Virus record (IMG/VR): IMGVR_UViG_3300042090_002405
Coordinates: 1 to 64,000 of that record
From: a virus
Length of the DNA stretch: 64,000 bases
Strand: one strand, 5' to 3'
In this document: positions 8,596 through 17,200 of the stretch, piece after piece
Layout of the letters: every line of letters starts with the position of its first letter
Position numbering within the stretch: position 1 is the stretch's first letter
Position numbers and translations under genes: made by a program
Notes under the pieces: model-generated
The model's input: only the letters and a program-made list of their open reading frames with translations
Told to the model about the DNA's origin: nothing
Database searches by the model: none

Positions 8596-8952
8596 CTACG
8601 CCACCGTCCTTTCCTGTTCAGCGCGCAGTTCATCCCTCAAGTCGTGCATACAACCGATGCCAACGCACCCGCCGTCGGGGATCGTGACGCATCGTGCGTC
8701 CGGCCTGGCTACCCGGCGGACCCCATCAGCCGCTTGCTCGGGAGACACTCCAAGCTCGTCCAGACGACGATAAATCGCGTCCTCTGGAAGCATCGAGGCT
8801 ACGTCGTAGCAGTCGCGACACACCTCCACCGCGGTACGAAGGTCGGCGCCCGACGCGCCGCACACGTCGCAGTAGGGCGCCTCGGCAACTTCATCTTGTT
8901 TCGTTTCAGGCACCCCATCCTCCTTCGCGCGCAGGATTGCGTGCGGTTTCAT
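8596..8952 (-). CDS. Hypothetical zinc-finger protein
   Basis: CDVC...CRDC; ATGA-coupled to recombinase stop. Confidence 0.6.
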   Translation of the reverse strand: MKPHAILRAKEDGVPETKQDEVAEAPYCDVCGASGADLRTAVEVCRDCYDVASMLPEDAIYRRLDELGVSPEQAADGVRRVARPDARCVTIPDGGCVGIGCMHDLRDELRAEQERTVA

Positions 8953-9989
8953 TTCTTCTTACCCACATCGTCGCCTAGCCCATCACTCGCGTTGTCCTCC
9001 CAGACAGTCGCCGGGCGGATGTACATCATTGCCGTACGTTGGTCCTTCCAGCGACCCTGCCTCATGATCTTGGGAAGCGTCTTTCCCTTGACCGCAGCGG
9101 TCGTTGCGAAGCCCGACCGAAGGGAGTGGCCAGAGAACACCTTTTCAGGGTCGAGCCCCGCACGTTCAGCTACGGCTTTCACGAGGTTGGCGATGCTCTG
9201 AGGGATGAGAGCCTTTGCACCCATGCAATCGCTCCGAGGGTCAATGCGTCGAAAGAGGGGGCCGCTCTTGAGCCCTGAGACCTCCAGGTAGCGCTTGAGG
9301 AGCACGACAGGGCAGACTTCCGGGTCGGACTGTAAAGAGAGTCCTACGGTGTCGCCCGCCGCAAGCTGGTCTGTCTTGCTCTTCCGAATGTGCAAGATGA
9401 GCCCCTCGGGGGCGAACTCCAGATCCTCCACCTTGAGGGCAACGATCTCCCCACGACGGAGAGCGCCAAAGAAACCTAGAGAGAGGATCGCTCGGTCGCG
9501 GTAGGTGACCAAGTCCTCGAATCGCTTCTCTCGAAGAGCGCCAAGGCACTTCTTCAAGTCGGCGATCTGCATCGGGGCAACCCGCGTCTTTCGAGTCCCC
9601 TTCCGAAAGGCGATGCCCCGGAGCACCTTCGTCACGGCCGGGTGAGCGTGGGGCCAGTCATGGCCGTTCTGTCGCATGCAGAAGATGATCGCCTGGTAGG
9701 CGTGCTGAATCGAACCGTACTTGTACGCCTTCTTAGAGCTTCGCGGGTTGCCGCCTCGGTCCAACCAGCGCACCTCGACGTTGCCGTCTGCCAGGGCTGC
9801 GAGGTAGACCACGACGACTTCGATCGTTGTTGGCATGAACGGCAGCTCGCGCTCTGATGCCCACGCCACGAAGCGGCGGAACTCTTGCTGGTAGCAGAGG
9901 CGAGTCGCATCCGTGATCGTGGACTGCGAGTAGGCCGCTGCGCTGGCTACGAGTTCTCGGAGGTCATCACGTTTGGCGAGGTTGCTCAC
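8949..9989 (-). CDS. Tyrosine recombinase, Cre-like subfamily
   Basis: RDRAILSLGFFGALRRGE, KSKTDQ, GHSLRSG, GRW...MMY catalytic set; N-terminal core-binding domain. Confidence 0.93.
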   Translation of the reverse strand: MSNLAKRDDLRELVASAAAYSQSTITDATRLCYQQEFRRFVAWASERELPFMPTTIEVVVVYLAALADGNVEVRWLDRGGNPRSSKKAYKYGSIQHAYQAIIFCMRQNGHDWPHAHPAVTKVLRGIAFRKGTRKTRVAPMQIADLKKCLGALREKRFEDLVTYRDRAILSLGFFGALRRGEIVALKVEDLEFAPEGLILHIRKSKTDQLAAGDTVGLSLQSDPEVCPVVLLKRYLEVSGLKSGPLFRRIDPRSDCMGAKALIPQSIANLVKAVAERAGLDPEKVFSGHSLRSGFATTAAVKGKTLPKIMRQGRWKDQRTAMMYIRPATVWEDNASDGLGDDVGKKK

Positions 9990-10118
9990 TCTTCGCCTCG
10001 GTCCCCGCGGGAGTCCCCGGAAACCACACCGACGATGTACCCATGAGCGGTGAGCCACTCACTGCGCTCGGCATCCGTCTTTTTCGTAAGAAAGTGACAT
10101 TTTCGCAGGTCGCGCGCA

Positions 10119-10301
10119 TTATCGGGAATCTGTCTCCCGCAACCGTGCGTTGCGAATTAGCTGCTCAATCGCCCCGCTTCTGGTCTGTCCCCGCGCTGCC
10201 CGGATGGTGTCTAGGCAGGCAAGTGCATCCGGCGACAGAGTAATAGTAACCATTGGTCGCGAACGCTTCGCGTTAGGCGTTGTTGATCCGGATCGGCTCA
10301 T
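10119..10301 (-). CDS. Ribbon-helix-helix (CopG-like) regulator, cassette 1
   Basis: VTITLSPDALACLDTIRAARGQTRSGAIEQLI. Confidence 0.8.
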   Translation of the reverse strand: MSRSGSTTPNAKRSRPMVTITLSPDALACLDTIRAARGQTRSGAIEQLIRNARLRETDSR

Positions 10302-10543
10302 GACTTCGCCTCTATCAAGGTGCGGTAATCCCGCACCTGTTTCTCGAAGTGCGCCGACCAGCAAACGTGGCATGGCTCATGCTCCAAAGGCTGCGTACAG
10401 TGTTTGCAGAAGTGCGGCGCTGTCAGGGCTCGTGGAGCGGTGTAATGCGCCTCCACTTTGGCGCAATACTCCGCAATTTCTTCCGGCGTTGCTGGCCTAC
10501 CCTCGATAGTAGGCCAGCCTTTCGGACGTCGTATTTTCTTCAT
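10298..10543 (-). CDS. Hypothetical zinc-binding protein, cassette 1 cargo
   Basis: CKHC...CHVC; ATGA overlaps on both sides. Confidence 0.6.
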   Translation of the reverse strand: MKKIRRPKGWPTIEGRPATPEEIAEYCAKVEAHYTAPRALTAPHFCKHCTQPLEHEPCHVCWSAHFEKQVRDYRTLIEAKS

Positions 10544-10722
10544 GCCGGAAGCCTGATGCCGCGCTTGCGGGCGATGGCGACGATGATGTCAAGGTTGCGG
10601 AGAGTGTGGCCGAGGTTGCGCGACTTCACAGCAGCGCCGTTGTAGGCGAGCGCCTTGGTCGCGAGGTAGTTTTCGACGAGAGCGGCATCCGAGAGATCCT
10701 TGAAGAGCGGCGTCCTGTTCAT
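10540..10722 (-). CDS. Hypothetical protein, probably leaderless, cassette 1 cargo
   Basis: Only 6 nt separate the -10 box from the ATG. Confidence 0.6.
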   Translation of the reverse strand: MNRTPLFKDLSDAALVENYLATKALAYNGAAVKSRNLGHTLRNLDIIVAIARKRGIRLPA

Positions 10723-10728
10723 GAGATT

Positions 10729-10757
10729 ACTGTATGGTCGGGGTACGTACAGCGCAA
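10729..10757 (-). promoter_or_regulatory. Sigma70-like promoter, cassette 1
   Basis: TTGCGC-N17-TACAGT. Confidence 0.65.
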
Positions 10758-10818
10758 GCGTTAAAACGACCGCGCGTATAGATTTGTCGAAACCGTCGAG
10801 TTTTGCAGGCCGCGCGCA

Positions 10819-11004
10819 TTATCGTGACTCCGTCGCCGCGATTCTCGCTCGTCGGATCAGTTGCTCGACAGCCCCGCTCCGGGTTGTCCCTCGGGCCTGG
10901 GCGATCCGGTCAAGGCGCGCAATTGCGTCAGGCGAGAGGGAGACGTGGATCAGCGGACGCTTGCGCTGCGCGTAGGGCGTCGTCGGGGTGCCGGATCGTG
11001 TCAT
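10819..11004 (-). CDS. RHH regulator, cassette 2 (paralogue of 10119-10301)
   Basis: IHVSLSPDAIARLDRIAQARGTTRSGAVEQLI. Confidence 0.8.
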   Translation of the reverse strand: MTRSGTPTTPYAQRKRPLIHVSLSPDAIARLDRIAQARGTTRSGAVEQLIRRARIAATESR

Positions 11005-11456
11005 AGCGCCTCTCCCGATGGTCGCACACCTGATATCCACGCGGTCCCAACAGGAGCCTCGCGGGGTGCCCGCCCAACGACGTCCCACGCGCTTTCCCCG
11101 TCACGCGGCTCGAGCAACTGCGGGGCGCTCATGGGCGCGATCGACATGCCCCAATCGAGTGTCCCTCCACGCGCTCTGCAAATCTCCGCCACATCGCGAT
11201 CACGTCGTTCCAGCCACGCACGCATCCCAGCCGTGATCGCCTCTTCACGCGTATCGTGAGCGCTCACCGCCTCGAGCATGCCGCCTACCCCGAGCTGTGC
11301 ATGCCATGGGCGCTTGCGTCGCTGCACCCCGGCCGGCTGATGCGTGATCGCGAGCGATAAGCCGTATCGCTCCGCGATCCTAGTCTGCACGCTACGAGCA
11401 CGATTCTCATCGGGCGTAACGAGCGTGCCGGTCGATAGACCGAACGCGCCGAGCAC
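11001..11456 (-). CDS. Hypothetical protein, cassette 2 cargo (start uncertain)
   Basis: Stop overlaps the RHH start (ATGA). Confidence 0.5.
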   Translation of the reverse strand: MLGAFGLSTGTLVTPDENRARSVQTRIAERYGLSLAITHQPAGVQRRKRPWHAQLGVGGMLEAVSAHDTREEAITAGMRAWLERRDRDVAEICRARGGTLDWGMSIAPMSAPQLLEPRDGESAWDVVGRAPREAPVGTAWISGVRPSGEAL

Positions 11457-11510
11457 ATGGCGTAGAGCGGCGGTCGCACTCTCACTCCCGTGGCGCGTCT
11501 CACACCCATC

Positions 11511-11539
11511 AATGTAGTCTCGTTGTGGCTACAGCGCAA
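11511..11539 (-). promoter_or_regulatory. Sigma70-like promoter, cassette 2
   Basis: TTGCGC-N17-TACATT; shares CTTGCGCTGTA with the cassette 1 promoter. Confidence 0.65.
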
Positions 11540-11588
11540 GGGGTAATCGACCGGGCCGTGTCGATTCCATGGACGGCGGTCGTGACAG

Positions 11589-11822
11589 TCAAGCCATACC
11601 GCGCAGCGCGTACATCACCGTCGCGTGGTCCCTCTCGCCCACGAATCCGCCAATCGCTTCGTACGTCCATCCCCACGCCCGCAACTTCCGATAGAGCTCC
11701 CGCCGGGCAGTCACCAACCGAGGCGCCCTCCGCCGGCCGAGTAGTGCCTGTACGGTCGTACCATTCGCGTCGGCGACGAAGCCGGCGAGAACGAGGGGAT
11801 CACGAGCGCCGAAGTTGATCAT
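11589..11822 (-). CDS. Stand-alone DnaA domain IV-like HTH protein
   Basis: LLGRRRAPRLVTARR...YEAIGGFVGERDHATVMYAL matches the DnaA C-terminal RDHxTV signature. Confidence 0.8.
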   Translation of the reverse strand: MINFGARDPLVLAGFVADANGTTVQALLGRRRAPRLVTARRELYRKLRAWGWTYEAIGGFVGERDHATVMYALRGMA

Positions 11823-12034
11823 CGCCCACGCCGCGAATTCGTGACGGCCGCACCCCTTCGGCCCATCTGCTGGCGCGTCGTCACAGGACGTCGCCACATC
11901 GCGCATCCCATGCATCCTGATCGAAGAAGGATCCCGTTGCGATAGCCGGCAGTGAAATACGTCGTCCGGCAGTGGGGGCAACGCACCAAGGAAGACACGC
12001 CGAAACGGTCGTAGCGGAGAATCTCAACGGTCAC
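11819..12034 (-). CDS. Small zinc-ribbon protein
   Basis: CPHC...CMGC; coupled overlaps. Confidence 0.55.
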   Translation of the reverse strand: MTVEILRYDRFGVSSLVRCPHCRTTYFTAGYRNGILLRSGCMGCAMWRRPVTTRQQMGRRGAAVTNSRRGR

Positions 12035-12237
12035 GACGGCAGAGTTCCCCCCGACTCCGGTTCGCCTTTCTGCCAGCTCTTGTGCAGCTCCGGATGCTCT
12101 CTAAAAAACAGCTCGTGCGCGCAGTGCGGCGAACAAGCCCGTACAGAATTGTCTTGGTGCTTGTGCGCGACGATCATCTTGGTGCAGATCGCGCACGGGC
12201 GAAGCGGAGTGCCGGGTGGGAAAACGGTCTTACCCAT
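12031..12237 (-). CDS. Small zinc-finger protein
   Basis: CAIC...CSPHC. Confidence 0.55.
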   Translation of the reverse strand: MGKTVFPPGTPLRPCAICTKMIVAHKHQDNSVRACSPHCAHELFFREHPELHKSWQKGEPESGGTLPS

Positions 12238-12242
12238 GGGCC

Positions 12243-12761
12243 CTACCGTTGCCGCGCGACATCGCGCACGTCCCATATTTCGAATCCTGGCGGCAGGCCA
12301 TAAACCGACAAGATCAGGTCCTTGGGGTAAGGATCTCGGCCGTCGAAGGATAATCGTCCTTGCAGTGCGAACACGCGGGCGTAGTTCCATACGTCCGCGG
12401 CGAACCAATTGCTGCCGATGCTAGCGGGCGTCAGGAAAAAAATCCGCCGGGGCCCCTTCGGACTGCGCGAGACACGACATTTCTCGGCCCACGGTGCGAT
12501 CGATCCGAAGGGCGGATTCAGCCAGAGGTCCCCGCGGATCTTTGTCCAATCTTGAGCGAGGCTGTTTTCCTCTTCGCAGTAGAAGTGCTTCGCCGCTGTT
12601 GTTTCGGGCTCGGCCGCAAGATCGTACGCGAACTCAAGGATTGTAAATCGCCGTTTGACCGCTTCGAGGAACGGACGCGGTGTCGCGTACGTTTGTACAG
12701 ACCGGCCGGGCTTTTGCGCGGGCATCTTTCGCGCGGGGCGCATCTTAGCGTCGGCCGTCAT
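12243..12761 (-). CDS. dam: Phage-type DNA N6-adenine methyltransferase
   Basis: YATP, YDLAA, NSLAQDW, WLNPPF catalytic motif, GRLSF. Confidence 0.85.
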   Translation of the reverse strand: MTADAKMRPARKMPAQKPGRSVQTYATPRPFLEAVKRRFTILEFAYDLAAEPETTAAKHFYCEEENSLAQDWTKIRGDLWLNPPFGSIAPWAEKCRVSRSPKGPRRIFFLTPASIGSNWFAADVWNYARVFALQGRLSFDGRDPYPKDLILSVYGLPPGFEIWDVRDVARQR

Positions 12762-14272
12762 CGGAACACCGTGAGTGTCCTCTCTGCCCTTGTGGCTGCC
12801 GTATACATCCATCTTGTCCTGTCCTCTCGAGACATCACACGGTACATGCTCGGCTCGAGCACGACACCCACATCTGCCGCCTGCGACCCTTGCATCTTGT
12901 GGCACGTGAGGGCGTACCCAAAATCATACAGCCCGCCCAGCGCCGCAAAGGACACCCCCATCTCTTTCACCTTGTCGAAGTCGATCGTTTTTTCCTCGAA
13001 GAACTGGAACTCGGACATAAGCGTCCCCGCGTTGCGGATGCCATCTTCGGCGAACCAGAGATCCGCGGCGACTTTGGGGGTCTTTCCCCCGCCGGATCGT
13101 ACCCCATCATTCTCTAGAATGGCCCGCATCCCGTTGTAGACCGGCGGGGTGTTTTTCAGGCACACGACGACCTCCCCCTTCGTGGGCGGCTCGTCCGTCG
13201 TCCCCAAGGCGGCGCGCACGTCATAGTTCAACGAACACCGGAGCCGGTTCGTCCACGACACGAGTACCGTCCCGAGTACGCTCTCCGGCGCGCAAGGATC
13301 CCTCTCGAGCCGGCTCGCCGGAAATCGGGTTGCGATCCAGTCCTCCAATTTTCGACGTGCGAGGATCGTGAAAAACTGCCCGTCTTCGAGCTCGTCGGCG
13401 ATGTCGCCCGTCTCGCGAATTCTCTTCGAGAGCTGGATGATGGGGTTGCCCTCGGCTTGCCGATGGATCTTCTCCAATCGAAGATCAGGCGCCCGCATCA
13501 GAGATCCCGCCCCGCGCACGGGCGGAAGCTGGCCGTGATCTCCGACAGCCAGCAAGGGCACACCGTGTCTCAACAGCGTTTCGAGGATGTCGTCCGAGAC
13601 CATCGACGCCTCGTCGACGATGATCAGCGAATAGTTCCGATCGAGTTTGTCTCGCCGGAGATATCGTGCGTTGTTGCACGTGCCACACGAGCTAAGGATC
13701 GGCTTGGGGGGCGGCACGGGCGGCGCGAGGCACGCCGGGCACGAAACAACCATAACCTTTTTGGCGATATCCGGAGCTCCGAGGTCTTCGCGGCAGCCCG
13801 CCGTCTTGGTGTGCTCCGGCTCCACTGTCGTGTTGTCGATCATGCAGACGGGGCACGGCCGGTACACGAGCCCGTGGATGGTCCCGCAATACGGCCGGAC
13901 CTCATATCGCGCTATCCCGCCCTCGTCACGGGGCACGGCCCGCGATACCGTCTTCACCCCTGCCTGTGCGAGTTTCCTCGCCAAAACAGAGGAGGCCTTG
14001 CCGGTAAAGGCGCAGAAGGCTAAGGAGGAACCGTCGAGCTCCTGTGCGAGCACAGACAAAATGTAGCTCTTCCCCGTGCCGCCAAATCCCGCGAGGGTCA
14101 GAGTCCTCTTCGCACCCGTACCACGATCGAGCCACGCGCGCACCCCCGACAGTGCCGCATGTTGATCGGGCGAGAGATCTTTCGTCTTGGTGGGGCGCAC
14201 GGCCCAGTGCGGCACATCTGTGCCCCCTCCGTCGCCTCCGTCGGCATAGCCCCCTTCGAGCACGTCGTTCAT
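12758..14272 (-). CDS. RecD/Dda-like SF1B helicase with Cys-rich insertion
   Basis: GFGGTGKS, AFTGKA, IVDEASMV, GDHGQLPPV, YALTCHKMQGS, YTAATRA. Confidence 0.92.
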   Translation of the reverse strand: MNDVLEGGYADGGDGGGTDVPHWAVRPTKTKDLSPDQHAALSGVRAWLDRGTGAKRTLTLAGFGGTGKSYILSVLAQELDGSSLAFCAFTGKASSVLARKLAQAGVKTVSRAVPRDEGGIARYEVRPYCGTIHGLVYRPCPVCMIDNTTVEPEHTKTAGCREDLGAPDIAKKVMVVSCPACLAPPVPPPKPILSSCGTCNNARYLRRDKLDRNYSLIIVDEASMVSDDILETLLRHGVPLLAVGDHGQLPPVRGAGSLMRAPDLRLEKIHRQAEGNPIIQLSKRIRETGDIADELEDGQFFTILARRKLEDWIATRFPASRLERDPCAPESVLGTVLVSWTNRLRCSLNYDVRAALGTTDEPPTKGEVVVCLKNTPPVYNGMRAILENDGVRSGGGKTPKVAADLWFAEDGIRNAGTLMSEFQFFEEKTIDFDKVKEMGVSFAALGGLYDFGYALTCHKMQGSQAADVGVVLEPSMYRVMSREDRTRWMYTAATRAERTLTVFR

Positions 14273-14288
14273 CGTCGGATCCCCTTTC

Positions 14289-17200
14289 TTAGAATTCGCT
14301 CCACCGTCGTCCGCGCTTCGTCTCTGTCGGGAGGAAAAACTCCCGCGCCTCCGGGCACACCTGACTTTCCGGAAACCGAACAGGTTCTTCCCACAGCGCG
14401 TTGATCAACGTCACGATTCGATCATCACCCTTTTTACCCTCGATGATCGCCGCGTCGTGATACTGCCCTACTACGCGAGCTGTCTTCGGTAACTGCCGCG
14501 AAAGCAATACGAGACGCTCGTTCATCACGTCCGCGATACCCCCTTGGATCGGCCGATTTGCGACATCAGTAGGTTTGGGCGCGTACCCAAACCAACTTTT
14601 GCGTCCGATCAAAGGCGACGGGAGAAACCCGTGTTTCTTCACGAAGGCGATGTTCGCTTCAACATAAGCATAATAGACTTTGTATGCCGCCTTTAGCGAA
14701 GAGAGCATCTCCTCGACATCCCCTAGTTCTACATCGAACCCTTGCGCCCGCAGATACGCGAACACCGTCGGTACCTCCGCGAGATACGCAACCGCAAAGC
14801 CAGCATTCTTCGCTACGTCACGGTAGGGTTTGCCGCAGTTGCACGCAGCGCCCGAAGATCCGCCGGCCCCATGGCGTAGGCAGTGTTTGCCTTTCGGGTC
14901 TCGCTCGATCATCTCGCGAGCGTCAGGGAACAGCACCAGAGCGTTGCCGACGTGGACATCCCCCTTGCATGTGTTCAAGAATGCGGGATCGCCAGAGAGA
15001 TTTGCAGCCATGCGTGCTTCTGCCTGACTGTTTCTGACAAACACGCCGGCGGCGAGCGCGTAGTTGTGATCGGGGGCTACCGCGATACTCCAGACGTCTG
15101 CGCACCCGTCGGGCTCAATGGAAACAACCTTGTGGTTCAAGCCTTGTTCAGCGCCGACCTTCTTGCACTTGCGTGCACAAAACAGTGCGGTGGGTCGTGT
15201 GGGCTGTCGGCCGCAGATCGCACAAGGTTGTCGCGTCTTTGTTCGCGCCAACCCGTAACACTTGCGTGAGCAAAACTTGGCTAAGCTTGTCGTCTTATGG
15301 GCACCGCAGAGGGCGCATATCTGCGCGGGGTTGTAACGCCCGTTTGCGGCGCCATAGTGTGCGGTTTTCCCTTCAGCCGTTGCGCGCCGAAGCGCTCGGG
15401 TCATCTTCGCGCGCACCTTTGGATCGGCCCATTGTCGACGGGCTTGCACGCGACCGTGATCCGCCTGGTGCTCTGCCGCATGCTTGTACTCGAGATTGCT
15501 CGGGACATTGTCCGAAGAGTCTTCGTTCTTGTGGTGCACATCATGGCCAGTGGGGCGAGGGCCATAGACAGTCGCGGCGACCTCTACGTGTGTCCTTGAA
15601 TACGTGAAGGCATCATGGGCATATAAACGTTCGCGACCTCCGACGATTTGCTTTCGGAGCGGTAACAGCCGATCGCCCGGCTGAAGATCCCGTGCGAGTC
15701 GGTCGGTTGGGCCGCCGCACGGCCATGGACCTTTCTTGTGCGGCCGCGTCTCGACTCGCGGCAGCACGATCCATTTATGCTCGGGGGTGCACCTGACCAC
15801 TTCGCCATTGTCGAGCGTGACTTTCAGGATAGGCTTGCGGCCAACGTGCAAATGCTGAGTGATTTTTCCGATGGCCGGGCGACGTGTTGAAGCACGATAT
15901 GTGTAGACGAGATCGCCAACCGCCAGCGTGCGTATCGGTTTGGCCCCGGTGGGCCCATCTATGAGCGTATCGCCGGTAAAGCACAAATCGAAGTAGTACA
16001 GATCGTGATTTGGAGCGGCCACGTACATTTCCCGAACGCGCTCTTCGAGTGCCGTGCTCCACCGCGGTACCGACTGCATGCGACAACTCCATCTGCCAGA
16101 TACTGCCCCGAATGATTTCCAATTGAAATGCGCTCGGTCGTCCTTGTGCACCTTCACTGCCTCTATATACGTGCTGCGTATCTTTCCGACGACACGCCAC
16201 CGCAATAGGGCATCGGCGAACTTGGCGGCTTTCCCTCGGCCCTTCTTCAATTCCTCCAAGGTGGCGTTTGACGTCGAAGCAAGCCCCGTCCCGGTCGGGT
16301 TGAGCATCGGTGCTCGGAGGCGTGTAAAGAGGATCCGGCGGATCTCCCCGAGTCGTCCAGGTGACAGATCCGGGACACCAGAGATAGATCTCAACCGCCC
16401 CTTCAAAGCGGCCGCACGCCTTTTCAATAGCTTCGACAAAAGGCGCTTTCGTTTTCGGTCTACACGAAAACCAGTCTCTTGAATCTGTTCGCACAAAAGT
16501 GCGGTGGCCTTGTCGTGTGCGTAGACCTTGGTTTCATCCCGAAGATCATTCTGCATCGCGTGCCACACTCGGGCAGTGAGGATCACGTCACAGGAATTGT
16601 AAAAGTGAAGATCGTCGGACGTCATATCTTGCGGGGGGAGCCCCTTCTCGGTGGCTTGACGCCGCCCGAATCGTACCTTCCATGGCCGCGCATCGAGGAA
16701 CACGCTTACGACATGATCTAGCCGTTGCGGCATATGTCCCGCGAAGGCGTGGTGCGCGATGAGTGTGTCCTCCATTCGGGCGGGGTCGACCGCTGCACCA
16801 TCACGGCCAAGCGCAAGCGCATCGAAGTTGTACCCGTTGTGGAACACCGTCTTGCGCGACGCGAGCGCCTTCGTCAGCACCCCCGCATGTATCTCCTCAC
16901 GCCAGGGCCCAAAGACGACGACCCTCTTAGTATCCCCAACTCCCACGCAGAGGATCTTGACCAACAAGGGCGACAACGGGTCAACGCTTTCGGTCTCGAT
17001 GTCACATGAGACGGTCTCATCAAGAACCGCCAAGGCGGCCGCTAAAGTGGCAGCGTCGTCCGTCGCGAGATACACCCGCTCGCGCGTACGGAACTCCTCC
17101 AGCGTGTCTACTCTCTCTATTCGATCCTCGAGATCTTCGTCCTTCAGTTCGCCGTCGGCCCACCGTCGCGCACGGTCGAGATCCAACTTGAGGATCGGCG

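Noticed and set aside
10080-10128. Possible lox-like site upstream of the Cre-like recombinase
   Set aside because: Arms are too degenerate to call a core site.
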